From the IMG/VR virus record IMGVR_UViG_3300023174_000075, positions 60,428 through 124,427 of that record: a DNA stretch of 64,000 nt. One strand, 5' to 3'. Below are positions 10,615-20,397 of this stretch, piece after piece. A program made the position numbers and the translations under genes. The notes beneath the pieces were generated by a model that made no database searches, was not told the DNA's origin, and saw nothing but the letters and a program-made list of their open reading frames with translations. Each line of letters opens with the position of its first letter. Position 1 is the stretch's first letter. This stretch comes from a virus.

Positions 10615-11670
10615 TTATTCCATTGTATTTGAATCAGGTACAGGGCCTGTGAATAGTCCTTGATTATCTATTACTAATTTTAATTGTTCTATTAGATCAT
10701 TTGGATCTAAAGTAAATGATAATTCACTCTTTAATACATCCACATTATTAATATCAATTGCTACTGCATAGTGGCGTTTAAATCCATTAATAGATTTACC
10801 TCCAAAACTATTATCTTCGCGTATAGCAAATCTAAATCCTTTATATTTTTCATTTATAGTACCAAATCCATTGCCGTTATTTGTTAAATTACCATCATTA
10901 GCAGCTTCTAATTGTCCATTTATATCTAATAATTGTGATTTTAGATCTTTTAATATATCTATTGCTTTGTCTAATATGGAGACTATTATTGGTAAAAAAG
11001 CACTTAATGTTAATAATATTCTATTTGCTTTATCTAGTATTTTAATTAATTTAATAATTAAATTTACTGGTATACCAATACCAGGAGGGACGGATGTGGG
11101 TAAAGGAATTGCTGATATTATACTAACAATAAGACTAAATATAGTTATATAAATTGAGATTCTATTAATATCATCTTTAATTTTTCTTATTTTATCTTCA
11201 TTACTTTGTATTATCTTAATAGCATTATCTCTAGCTAATTGAGCATTAGCTAATTTAGCTGGGTCTCCTGATTCATTTGCGTCTGTTATTATAGCATTAG
11301 TATCATCTACTAATTTTTGAATTTTGTCATTTTGAGATATAATATCTGCTATTTTATTAGATAAAAGAAGAACCAAAACAGGAACTAAGCTTTTTGCTGC
11401 TCCTTTAGCACTAGCTAATATTGTTTTAGCTTTTGCTTTTCTTGCTTTTCTTTTTTCTTCTTTAGTTCTTTTTTGTCTTTGTGCTCTTTTATCTTTTCGT
11501 TTTTTCTTAGCGTCTTTTTGTTTTTTAAAAGGATCTTTTACAATAGCATCTATATCCTTTTGGTTCTTATCTTTTTTAGCTTGTAAAATAGCTTTAGTAG
11601 CTTCATAAGACACATTTTCAGCGTCTATCGCCATCTGCTTTTCTAATTCTATTTGTTCTTGATCAGCCAT
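10615..11670 (-). CDS. hypothetical protein (basic tract, hydrophobic segments)
   Basis: 351 aa ORF. Confidence 0.7.
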   Translation of the reverse strand: MADQEQIELEKQMAIDAENVSYEATKAILQAKKDKNQKDIDAIVKDPFKKQKDAKKKRKDKRAQRQKRTKEEKRKARKAKAKTILASAKGAAKSLVPVLVLLLSNKIADIISQNDKIQKLVDDTNAIITDANESGDPAKLANAQLARDNAIKIIQSNEDKIRKIKDDINRISIYITIFSLIVSIISAIPLPTSVPPGIGIPVNLIIKLIKILDKANRILLTLSAFLPIIVSILDKAIDILKDLKSQLLDINGQLEAANDGNLTNNGNGFGTINEKYKGFRFAIREDNSFGGKSINGFKRHYAVAIDINNVDVLKSELSFTLDPNDLIEQLKLVIDNQGLFTGPVPDSNTME

Positions 11671-11698
11671 AATGTTTTATCTGGTTTAAATTTTATTT

Positions 11699-12448
11699 CT
11701 ATTGCGGGGTGATTAAAGCTGGTAGTTCTGGGGGTAATGTTTTAATTTTACCTTTGTTGCGTATCATTAGTATAAACTTAACGAAATCAGAAAAACGACT
11801 CTCTGCCTCGTTATCCACAATTTGATCTTCTCCATCGAAGCGGGTGATAGCCTTAATACCTTTTTCAACTTTTTCCTTTCTTTTAGGAAATTTGTTATAG
11901 ATTGACTCTATTGTCGGATATTCACTAATTTTGAATTTTTCGGTATTCCCCACATCTCCAATAACAGAAATTCTCCATTCACTAACTTGTATTGTAATTT
12001 TAGGTATTTTATCTTTTTTAGTGTAATAAAATTCATCAAATCCATCATCAACCCTACCAGTACTAGTTGTAAAGTTATTATAAAAATTTATATATTCTTT
12101 ATCCCACTCTTTCAATATTTCCTCCGGTAAATCGGTTGTTGCAGTGTAATTTACTTTGTCCACAGTTACTATTTTAGGATATGGTAAATTATCTGTAGTT
12201 AAAGATGAAGGGGTTATTTGTTGTAATTGAAGTAGTTTTTGTTGATGTTTAAGATCTAAATCAATTTCTTCTTGAATTAAAGATTTTTTGGTTTGTAATA
12301 AATTTGTTAAAGTAGGGGTATTACCTGAAATTTGAGTTTGTTGATTAGTGTTTGTTTGTTGATCTCCAAAAGTACGTATACCTTGAGAATTTTTAATATT
12401 ATTTAAAATATTAGGATTTAGTAAAGATGCTACGTTTGTGTTTGCCAT
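11699..12448 (-). CDS. hypothetical protein
   Basis: 249 aa ORF in operon. Confidence 0.65.
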   Translation of the reverse strand: MANTNVASLLNPNILNNIKNSQGIRTFGDQQTNTNQQTQISGNTPTLTNLLQTKKSLIQEEIDLDLKHQQKLLQLQQITPSSLTTDNLPYPKIVTVDKVNYTATTDLPEEILKEWDKEYINFYNNFTTSTGRVDDGFDEFYYTKKDKIPKITIQVSEWRISVIGDVGNTEKFKISEYPTIESIYNKFPKRKEKVEKGIKAITRFDGEDQIVDNEAESRFSDFVKFILMIRNKGKIKTLPPELPALITPQ

Positions 12449-12450
12449 AA

Positions 12451-13647
12451 TTATACTGTATATACTTTATCTGATGTAATTGTTTCTAGTCTACCTATAA
12501 GAGTAGAAACATCGTTAAATAATTGTTCACCAGCCATGTTACAATCAACTACAGCTATAGCTCCTTCTGTTGTTGAAACAGTTGCTGATGATAAGAATCC
12601 AGCTAATGTAGTTAATGCATTTAACATTTCTAATAATAAATCATGTGTTTTACCACCTAATAATACAGGTTCGGTTGGTATTGTTCCATTTTTATTTGTA
12701 CCTAATAATATTTGAGAATTAGGATTTTTTTGATCTATATGTAAGTGAATATATCTTCCTGCATTTATATTAATTATATTATCACTACTTAAACTAATAT
12801 TAGTTGCTCCATATATTAATACTTCATCCTTTTTAGCATTAAGAGTAATCCTATCACTATTCATTATCAATTGAGGATAATTATAATGATTTGGTTGAAT
12901 TGGGTTACTAATTGGATTAGTAATAGTAGCAGCCGGATTCAGAGGGAGTTTTTGGGATGTTGTTAGATAAATTGAAGATTTTTCTTTATTAATTTCTTCA
13001 ATATTAGGAGCATTACTACCAGTATCTGTAGTTACATATCCATTAACTAATATTGTAATTGGATCTCCATCATTACCAACATTACTCCATTCATTTAAAT
13101 TAGAATTTAATTTAACTGTACTACCAAATCTTAATCCATTCCCTTTTCTACCTTGTATTATAAAATCTCCTTCAAATGGTTCTAAGGGTCTTATATCTGC
13201 TGTCTCAACAAATGTTTTACCTTCTCCTATTGATACGGGAGCATTTTGTTGAGGATTATTCCATAAATTGAATGTTGAAGAGTAATATTTCCTTCCAGCT
13301 CCTGAATATAATTGGGAATTAGATGAAGGACCATCTACAATTAAAACAAGTTCACCAATTAAAGGATAATTTTTAATATTAGCATCAAGTGGAATTGCCA
13401 TAGCACATTGTTTAAAATCAATTCCCTCCGCACTATAATTTTTTGATGTTTCATAATCTAAATAAAATATAGTACCTATTCCACTATAACCACCAGCAAG
13501 TTCAAATGCTTTTTTATTAGGTGTATTTTCATTTAAAACAATACCAAATACTTTACCTATCTGAGAGGTGGCAATAGAACTCCCCCCAGCAGTAAATGCT
13601 CGAGAAGTATCGGCTGAAAAGCTAGATAAACCTGTTCTAATTACCAT
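12451..13647 (-). CDS. baseplate hub/spike protein (gp5-like)
   Basis: YPLIGELV OB-fold-like segment, EGDFIIQGRKGNGLRFGS, beta-repeat region and EPVLLG C-terminus; baseplate context. Confidence 0.55.
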   Translation of the reverse strand: MVIRTGLSSFSADTSRAFTAGGSSIATSQIGKVFGIVLNENTPNKKAFELAGGYSGIGTIFYLDYETSKNYSAEGIDFKQCAMAIPLDANIKNYPLIGELVLIVDGPSSNSQLYSGAGRKYYSSTFNLWNNPQQNAPVSIGEGKTFVETADIRPLEPFEGDFIIQGRKGNGLRFGSTVKLNSNLNEWSNVGNDGDPITILVNGYVTTDTGSNAPNIEEINKEKSSIYLTTSQKLPLNPAATITNPISNPIQPNHYNYPQLIMNSDRITLNAKKDEVLIYGATNISLSSDNIININAGRYIHLHIDQKNPNSQILLGTNKNGTIPTEPVLLGGKTHDLLLEMLNALTTLAGFLSSATVSTTEGAIAVVDCNMAGEQLFNDVSTLIGRLETITSDKVYTV

Positions 13648-14042
13648 TATTTATTTTCTATTTGATGTTGAATAGTTTCTGTTTGATCTAATAATTTTTG
13701 TCCTTCAATCTGTACAGCACGTTGTTCCTCTAATAAGTGTTGTATTTCTGATGGGTCAAATAGTAAGTCTTGATTATTATTTGAACTAGCTGTTGATGCT
13801 CGTTGTGCAATACCTGCCATTTTAATTAATTGTTCGTTATTTTTTACATTAACATCAATTAAATCTTTAACAGTAGGCATAAGCATTACTGCGGATCCAG
13901 CATTAGATGATGCGAGTGGTTTAAGAGCATCAATCAATTCATTAATTTGTTTGTCAGTATCCTTATTATTACGGTGTATTTGTTTGAATATATCGGATAG
14001 TGACGTGTTACCAAATAAGGTAACATCATCAAAGTTAGCCAT
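13647..14042 (-). CDS. hypothetical protein (helical)
   Basis: 131 aa ORF preceded by ATATTTAT motif. Confidence 0.7.
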   Translation of the reverse strand: MANFDDVTLFGNTSLSDIFKQIHRNNKDTDKQINELIDALKPLASSNAGSAVMLMPTVKDLIDVNVKNNEQLIKMAGIAQRASTASSNNNQDLLFDPSEIQHLLEEQRAVQIEGQKLLDQTETIQHQIENK

Positions 14043-14072
14043 AGCTTGTATTTATCAATAAATATAATGTAC

Positions 14073-14855
14073 TTAGATCTTTATATACCCATGCTTATAA
14101 TATTCATTATATAGTCTGGTACGTAATGTATCTAATTTTTTAGTTACTTTAGTAATGTGTGGAGTTGATGTATCAGTGATTTCGCGAATATAGATGTATA
14201 ATGCTTTCTTATTAAATATTTCTAGAGTTTCACGTTTACGAAATAATTCAAGAATAGCATCTGCTGTCTTAGCATCCTGGGATTTGGGAAATAATTGATG
14301 AATGTATTTATCAATGTAACGTACATATTGATCAATAAATGTATTTGGATCTTCTTGATCCTCAGCTTCCTTATTAGTTTCAGCCAAAAATCCTTTATCT
14401 TCATCTAATTCATCTATATCAGCACGCTCTTGTAGTTTCTTATAATTATTATTATTATAAACAATAAGATAGCGTTTAGCAATAGTACCAAAGTAACTAA
14501 ATGCTTTACCTTTATCCTGATTATATAAGTGGAGTTTCTCGAGTAGAAATGTTACAACTTCATGTTTAAGTTCCTCAATTGTATCTGAATCGGTATAATA
14601 AAACTTAAATGTATGAATAATATTTTCAGCCAATTTATAAAAGGCATACTCAATACGATCTCTATAAATTTTATCTCTAAAAGATTGATCATCAGAAGCT
14701 AAATAAGAAATAATTGCTTCCTCAGTATCAGTAGTAAAATATACGCGAGGTTCTTTAGGTTTGCGCTTACGAGGTTGTCCGCGTTTATTTAACGCAATTG
14801 TTTTTTCACTATCTAAAAATATATCTAGATCGTCGTTTTCGTAGTAAGTTGACAT
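14073..14855 (-). CDS. phage sigma factor-like protein (T4 gp55-like late transcription factor)
   Basis: Region-2-like LEKLHLYNQDKGKAFSYFGTIAKRYLI; next to late structural genes. Confidence 0.65.
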   Translation of the reverse strand: MSTYYENDDLDIFLDSEKTIALNKRGQPRKRKPKEPRVYFTTDTEEAIISYLASDDQSFRDKIYRDRIEYAFYKLAENIIHTFKFYYTDSDTIEELKHEVVTFLLEKLHLYNQDKGKAFSYFGTIAKRYLIVYNNNNYKKLQERADIDELDEDKGFLAETNKEAEDQEDPNTFIDQYVRYIDKYIHQLFPKSQDAKTADAILELFRKRETLEIFNKKALYIYIREITDTSTPHITKVTKKLDTLRTRLYNEYYKHGYIKI

Positions 14856-14908
14856 AATAATTCTTGTTTATAACCTATAATGTATGAACAAAAAATATCG
14901 GAACCAAA

Positions 14909-15187
14909 CTAGTTTTTACGATTAATGAATTGATTTAGAACGTTTTGTATTTCCTTTAAATTTCTAAAGAAAGTACCTACTTCATCATCTGCTTCAAATG
15001 CACCACGATTATCTAATTCTTGAATAGTATTAGCCGAATCCTCAATAATGATACTAATAGCATCAATATATTGTTGTTGTTCGACTAATGCTTTTTCAAG
15101 TTTATTATTTTTTCTAATTATTAGATAACCGGCAATACCGATTAATTCAATTACATGAACTAATATAACCCATAAAACTGTTTGCAT
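14909..15187 (-). CDS. membrane-anchored coiled-coil protein
   Basis: N-terminal hydrophobic helix. Confidence 0.65.
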   Translation of the reverse strand: MQTVLWVILVHVIELIGIAGYLIIRKNNKLEKALVEQQQYIDAISIIIEDSANTIQELDNRGAFEADDEVGTFFRNLKEIQNVLNQFINRKN

Positions 15188-15193
15188 AAATTA

Positions 15194-15394
15194 TTATTGT
15201 GGTCTAAATTGTTGATCAAAATCATCCGCTTCGATAGAAACCATAGATCTAGCGTTTTCAATTGCTTCCTTTAACATTTCGATAGATTCAAGAACTTGAT
15301 CTTGAGTTCCACCTCTATTAATTTGAACGTTAATACGGTTAGCGATAACGTCAATTTGTCCTAATTTCTCTAATACATTGTTTTTGTATCTCAT
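15194..15394 (-). CDS. hypothetical protein
   Basis: 66 aa ORF with upstream ATATTTAT motif. Confidence 0.65.
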   Translation of the reverse strand: MRYKNNVLEKLGQIDVIANRINVQINRGGTQDQVLESIEMLKEAIENARSMVSIEADDFDQQFRPQ

Positions 15395-15525
15395 AATATA
15401 TGTTTATATATAAATATACGTTTATTTCCGTTCCCTCATTTTTATTTTCTCAATTTCCCCTTTCCTTTCAAACCATTCAATTCAATTGTATTTTGAAGTT
15501 ACGTAAGAGAAATCTAGAAACCAAA

Positions 15526-15555
15526 GAAAAAAGGGCAACTCTTATAGAGTCACCC
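15526..15555 (-). terminator. intrinsic terminator
   Basis: Minus strand GGGTGACTCT-ATA-AGAGTTGCCC followed by a T tract, downstream of 15586..16086. Confidence 0.7.
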
Positions 15556-15585
15556 AATTTTGTATTTTGATTGAAATGGAATTAA

Positions 15586-16086
15586 TTATTCACCACCAAA
15601 TTGTTGCATTTTTTGAGCTAATGCTCTATTAACACCGGCTTTAATTTCTTTATCTGTCCAAGGTTTTCCTGTATCTGGATTTGTTTTACCTTGTAATGCT
15701 TTTTTAGCAGCTGAGAATTGAGATTTCATTAAAGCAATAGCTGCTGCAATACCTGGTAAAGTAACACCTAATGCTGGGCCTATAATATCCCAATTAACTT
15801 CGTCTAATTTTTCTTTTGGTTGTTTCATTGATGTCAATTCTTCGCGAATAATTTCTGCTAGTTGACTTCTTGTTAATTTTGCCATTTCTTTAAGTTTGTT
15901 TATTTTTGGACTTTGTTTTAAAATTGTTTTTACTATACTATCAGTAACCGAATCACTAGTAGTGAATTCAAAATATCCTTCAAGTTTATTATCTACTATT
16001 TCGTAGCTATCTACCCCTATACCTTGCTTATCCAAGCGATTTATAAAAGCAGCCTTATCTTCAAGTTTTATTTTGTAATCACTCAT
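15586..16086 (-). CDS. hypothetical protein, possible internal head protein
   Basis: 166 aa; LAEIIREE and LDE motifs. Confidence 0.6.
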   Translation of the reverse strand: MSDYKIKLEDKAAFINRLDKQGIGVDSYEIVDNKLEGYFEFTTSDSVTDSIVKTILKQSPKINKLKEMAKLTRSQLAEIIREELTSMKQPKEKLDEVNWDIIGPALGVTLPGIAAAIALMKSQFSAAKKALQGKTNPDTGKPWTDKEIKAGVNRALAQKMQQFGGE

Positions 16087-16111
16087 GACTATCGATAAAT
16101 ATATATAAGAA

Positions 16112-16321
16112 TTAATTCCCGTTATTTTTAGTAGCTAATTCTTCAATTTTTTTATCAAAAGTAGCCTTAACTAGATCCATGTATAAATATTGAATAATAG
16201 TAAAAGAAATAATATTAATAGCATCTAATTTAGTCAAATAAATACAAATCAATTGAATTAAAGCAATTAAAATTGATCCAGTAATAATTAACGTGTTTCG
16301 TGTTGTTTTTAAACTTTTCAT
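16112..16321 (-). CDS. small membrane protein
   Basis: Two hydrophobic segments; own promoter motif at ~16363. Confidence 0.6.
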   Translation of the reverse strand: MKSLKTTRNTLIITGSILIALIQLICIYLTKLDAINIISFTIIQYLYMDLVKATFDKKIEELATKNNGN

Positions 16322-16422
16322 GATTTTCGGTTTTAAATGTTTATTTAATCATTTCTTACACCGTGAATATACGAGCAGGGTTTTGCCCTCCACATAAATA
16401 AATATGTGAGGGCTATTTATAA

Positions 16423-16902
16423 TTAATTGCCGCTGCCGCACCGCAACGCACTAGAATACTTATATCCCAATTCCTCAATCACATTTTGCGCAGTATGTGA
16501 ATCAATGGCAAACATCTCACGACTAGTATTAACACGACAATAATGAAAATGTTGATGTACTTCTTCTTCAAGAAGATCCGAACGATAACACTTATACGAA
16601 TATACGGGTATCCAAGGAGTAGCTACACCAGTAGCAGCGGAAATTTGTCGTGCGCGTTGATCAGGTGTATTAGTAGTCATACCAATCTTAACCATATTAG
16701 GTACACTTTTATTAACGAGCACGTACACGTACTCTAGGGGTCTAACAGCGCCTGAAGGGTCCAAAACAGCGCTGACTAAATAATGTACGCTATCCCATCC
16801 GTCTTCATCAGGTATGCGAGTAAACGCCTCTGCTTTTTGAAATTGTTTGTGTGACAATTTAATGTAATAATGTGATTCCTCTGGTGTAACGTATTTTAAC
16901 AT
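16423..16902 (-). CDS. GIY-YIG superfamily nuclease, T5orf172-like
   Basis: YVYVL...MVKIGMT...RARQIS.ATGV and LEEEVH...REMF motifs. Confidence 0.8.
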   Translation of the reverse strand: MLKYVTPEESHYYIKLSHKQFQKAEAFTRIPDEDGWDSVHYLVSAVLDPSGAVRPLEYVYVLVNKSVPNMVKIGMTTNTPDQRARQISAATGVATPWIPVYSYKCYRSDLLEEEVHQHFHYCRVNTSREMFAIDSHTAQNVIEELGYKYSSALRCGSGN

Positions 16903-16905
16903 AAC

Positions 16906-17085
16906 TTATTGTTTAGGGGATAATGAAGAAGATGGCTGGGTATTATGGCTAACTGTCTGTTGTTTAGCTACAGCAATATCCCACTCTTCCAGTGTCATAC
17001 CATATTCACGCGCTTTTTCTTCGCGTAAACGCGTTGCGTATGCGTCGAATGCCTCTTTAGTTAGGAATAGGTCAATTGGTTTCAT
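16906..17085 (-). CDS. hypothetical protein (59 aa)
   Basis: Hand translation MKPIDLFLTKEAFDAYATRLREEKAREYGMTLEEW...; fills the gap between neighbours. Confidence 0.6.
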   Translation of the reverse strand: MKPIDLFLTKEAFDAYATRLREEKAREYGMTLEEWDIAVAKQQTVSHNTQPSSSLSPKQ

Positions 17086-17254
17086 CTTTAAAATATTTTT
17101 TAATATATTGTTTATCGGATTGCATTTGCCACGCCCAATACATACACCTACGTATTAACGATTGTTTTTTAGGATTACGGCGAATCATAATAATGTGATG
17201 TAAATTAGGGTGATCTTCTACTGGTTCAAAGTAATATTGTTTGTGTCGTTTCAT
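17072..17254 (-). CDS. hypothetical protein
   Basis: 60 aa ORF. Confidence 0.5.
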   Translation of the reverse strand: MKRHKQYYFEPVEDHPNLHHIIMIRRNPKKQSLIRRCMYWAWQMQSDKQYIKKYFKDETN

Positions 17255-17546
17255 ATTATTTAGTTTTTATTTATCATCCAAACTATTATTTCAATTACTA
17301 TTGTTACTACTCCTAATCCAAATACTATAGCTATAAAATCAAAAAACTTACTTAGACCTTCTAAAGGATCTCCTTTCATGTCACTTGAATCGGAATATTG
17401 TCTTATTTTATGTAATGTATTTTTCATGTAATGAATATAGCGTATATACTTTGCCTATACAAAAAAGATCGTTTAAGAGGAGATTTTGGGATTTTGCAAA
17501 GTGGTCCAAAAGGGGTTATTTCGGAAATTGGAGTTGCGTTTTGGAG

Positions 17547-18026
17547 CTATTTACAATTCTTAATAAGTAACTTAACAAATTCTTCTAATGACATACTACT
17601 GTTATCTCTATATAACTGAAGTATTTTATTGTTAGATATTACTAATCCACTTTGAAGTGTATATCTTTTATGATGTTGATTATCTTTAGTTCCTATCCAT
17701 TCTAAATTATCTACTGTATTATTTAATTTATCTCCATCTTTATGGTTTACTTGAGGTAAGTTATCGGGATTAGAAATAAAAGCATTAGCTACTAGCCTAT
17801 GAATTAAGAAATTTTTAAAATCGTTTTTATGATTAGATTTACTACCTAAAGCTACTAATTCATATCCACCTTTATCTATTCTTGTTTTTAAAATAGTTTC
17901 GGGTATATCTCTTGGAATAGAATGGTTCTTTCCATACTTAATTTGTCTTGGTAGTGACTTTACTCTTCCTAAATTACTAATTTGATAACCGGGGTAATTA
18001 ATAATGTCTTTCCATATTTCTTGCAT
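17547..18026 (-). CDS. NUMOD4-HNH homing endonuclease
   Basis: EIWKDI..Y.GYQISNLGRVKS (NUMOD4) and HRLVA.AF...QVNHKDGDKLNNTVDNLEW (HNH_3). Confidence 0.92.
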   Translation of the reverse strand: MQEIWKDIINYPGYQISNLGRVKSLPRQIKYGKNHSIPRDIPETILKTRIDKGGYELVALGSKSNHKNDFKNFLIHRLVANAFISNPDNLPQVNHKDGDKLNNTVDNLEWIGTKDNQHHKRYTLQSGLVISNNKILQLYRDNSSMSLEEFVKLLIKNCK

Positions 18027-18196
18027 AATAATGTGTTTAGATATAAATATATACTGTCGATGGTAAAAGATTGTATTTCCATTAAAAATATACCGGGCTT
18101 TTTTTGTGCCGATAATGGTCTGTCGATGGACCGCGGTTACTGTGGGAGCAGATCGCGATCGATCCGCGCACGAACCGCTATCGCCCCGATATCATC

Positions 18197-18403
18197 CTAA
18201 AGAATCTGATCCTCCACATCCTCATACTCCATCTCATCACCCTCGAAATGAATGTACAGTTGATTAATCTCATTACCTGTCAGCTGGTCTCCCAACAGGT
18301 CCAGCTCACCCACCAGTTGAACGTCCGCCTCACCATACTTGGTGATTTGAGCGTTGATTGTGGTTTGTAGTGCGATGAAGCGCTTTACGTTTATAGTTGT
18401 CAT
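18197..18403 (-). CDS. hypothetical early protein
   Basis: 68 aa ORF. Confidence 0.65.
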   Translation of the reverse strand: MTTINVKRFIALQTTINAQITKYGEADVQLVGELDLLGDQLTGNEINQLYIHFEGDEMEYEDVEDQIL

Positions 18404-18426
18404 GTTTATTTGGTTTAATGGTTTAA

Positions 18427-18681
18427 TTACTGATTATTATACCGTGCTAGGCATCTTGGACATCCAATCGTCTGTACATCCTCAATACGTGCCCAATTAC
18501 TACTTAGAGCCGGTGTCCCACACAGGTTACCCTCACCGGACTTGTAGATGTGGGCTGTGTCTTCCCACACGTTACCCTTATTACCGAATACACTGTGTCC
18601 AGGCTTTAGATCGGCTACTTTCACTCTGATTGTTACTACATCCGCTTGGCGGTTTAATTCATTGAATTGTTTTGTTAACAT
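18427..18681 (-). CDS. small Cys/His protein (possible zinc binder)
   Basis: H...CG...CPRC; start moved to ATG 18681 just below the promoter motif. Confidence 0.65.
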   Translation of the reverse strand: MLTKQFNELNRQADVVTIRVKVADLKPGHSVFGNKGNVWEDTAHIYKSGEGNLCGTPALSSNWARIEDVQTIGCPRCLARYNNQ

Positions 18682-18737
18682 ACGTTTATATTTTTGGTTA
18701 ATGTGAAGATACGATTTGTGTTGTGTCATGCCCCGTT

Positions 18738-19001
18738 TTATTTATTGTATTGCTTCATTTGCTCTTCAGCGAACGCATCAATTAATTCAGCGTCTTCTCT
18801 TATCTGATCCGATGCCCAATTTACTGTACATGTATCATGATTCGAACGGCTATAATCGATACAGTCGTAAGCATCTTCCATGTCCGGTTTACTGAATGTA
18901 ACGTACGATCCATCGTTATCATCACTTACTTGATAACCTAACGATTCAGCGTATTGGTAAACTGCTTTGTTAATTGCGCTTTTAATTTCTTTCTTAGTCA
19001 T
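18738..19001 (-). CDS. hypothetical early protein
   Basis: 87 aa; own promoter motif. Confidence 0.7.
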   Translation of the reverse strand: MTKKEIKSAINKAVYQYAESLGYQVSDDNDGSYVTFSKPDMEDAYDCIDYSRSNHDTCTVNWASDQIREDAELIDAFAEEQMKQYNK

Positions 19002-19085
19002 AATTTTAATTATTTGGTTAACGTGAAGATATAAATGGGGCTCTGCCGAGCCCCGTTTTGTTTAATCAATATGTTATTTTATGTT

Positions 19086-19175
19086 TTAGAAGTTCGAAGG
19101 TAATACTACATACCCGTTTTTAGTGCTAAATACATTTGTGTAGATCTTAAACTTCATTAATCTTAAATACTTCAT
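19086..19175 (-). CDS. 29-aa microprotein
   Basis: MKYLRLMKFKIYTNVFSTKNGYVVLPSNF with its own promoter motif at ~19191. Confidence 0.5.
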   Translation of the reverse strand: MKYLRLMKFKIYTNVFSTKNGYVVLPSNF

Positions 19176-19224
19176 AATTATTGTTTTTATTTGGTTAACG
19201 TGAATATACGTGTTGTGTTTTACC

Positions 19225-19422
19225 TTACCCAATTATTTCAAACTGATCAACATCCCAGATCATTCCTAATGTACGTCCATTATCCCATTTAACATTAATC
19301 ACATCTGCCCCTACATTATAAACTGTACCTTCAGCTCCTGATTCTATTGGGTTGGCATCCTCAAACATCTCTATCAGTTTTACTCGTTTGCCTATTAAGT
19401 CATAAATTGTTAAATCACTCAT
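19225..19422 (-). CDS. DUF4314-like protein
   Basis: GKRVKLIEM.D..P...G.EGTV..V....I.VKWDNG.TLG...D pattern. Confidence 0.7.
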   Translation of the reverse strand: MSDLTIYDLIGKRVKLIEMFEDANPIESGAEGTVYNVGADVINVKWDNGRTLGMIWDVDQFEIIG

Positions 19423-19523
19423 TTTAATTGTTTTGGTTAACATGAATATACGAAGTGGGTTGTGACGAGTAATAAAAGAGCCCCTGAGGTAGAAACCACG
19501 GGGCGTTCATTAACCATTAAAAA

Positions 19524-19736
19524 TTAAAAGTATGACCGATTTGAAATATTATTGTGTTGATAAAAAGTTCCTTTAGTACCGTACCGGCTCCCAAACTTAA
19601 CCTCCTGTACCCACGTCTGCTCATCTGGACGGTCCTCTGGATAGCTCGATTGGAAGGTGGGAGCGGGGATCATCTCTCCTTTAGCCGGCTCACCGAATAA
19701 TAATGTTATTAGAAATAATTTGATTTGATTTATCAT
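19524..19736 (-). CDS. hypothetical protein
   Basis: Likely start ATG 19736 (MINQIKLF...); the longer ORF call runs through a hairpin. Confidence 0.55.
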   Translation of the reverse strand: MINQIKLFLITLLFGEPAKGEMIPAPTFQSSYPEDRPDEQTWVQEVKFGSRYGTKGTFYQHNNISNRSYF

Positions 19737-19820
19737 AATAATAATTTTAATGAGTATAATGGTAAAAATAGGGCTCTGCTGGGAATAACCCTCTAACACA
19801 GAGCCCACATAAAATAGACC

Positions 19821-20135
19821 TTATGCAGCTACGGCTGCGGCCTCGGGTTTAGTGCTGGTACCCTTTGGGCGACCAACTTTAATTGCTACTCCTGCTGCTG
19901 CGCGTGCAGCCTGAGCGCTTAGACGAGCCTGACGCTTACTATCCGGATTAGCCGGTCTACCTCGTTCTACGGTTCCACCCGCTGCAATACGTGCATCGCG
20001 GGCAGCGAGTTTAGCTTGACGAGCTGATGTTCCCACTATTGGGCGTCCACGCTTACCTGCTGTTTTAACTGTTTCTACTGTTGTTGCTTTTGTCTCCTTT
20101 GTAGCTGGAGTAGCTTTAGCATTTGTTTTAGACAT
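19821..20135 (-). CDS. basic Ala/Lys/Arg-rich multi-AT-hook DNA-binding protein
   Basis: KRGRP, ERGRP and VGRPK motifs in 104 aa. Confidence 0.75.
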   Translation of the reverse strand: MSKTNAKATPATKETKATTVETVKTAGKRGRPIVGTSARQAKLAARDARIAAGGTVERGRPANPDSKRQARLSAQAARAAAGVAIKVGRPKGTSTKPEAAAVAA

Positions 20136-20196
20136 AACCTTTGTTTTTTGTTTTAATTAATAATTGTATAACGTGAATGTAGTGAAAAAACTGTGC

Positions 20197-20352
20197 CTAA
20201 AACACGATGTAATTAATTGCTTCTTCTCCTATACCAACACCATCCTTAGTAATCTCATAATTCGGATCCATACCTGAAACCATGATGTGGGCGATTAAAT
20301 CACCTAATGTTGTAAACTCAGCACCGTAATAAGAACATTTTAAACTATACAT
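20197..20352 (-). CDS. hypothetical early protein
   Basis: Start moved to ATG 20352 (MYSLKCSYY) below the promoter motif. Confidence 0.6.
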   Translation of the reverse strand: MYSLKCSYYGAEFTTLGDLIAHIMVSGMDPNYEITKDGVGIGEEAINYIVF

Positions 20353-20397
20353 AATTTTATTTTTTTGGTTAACGTGAATATACAACACAAACAGTGC

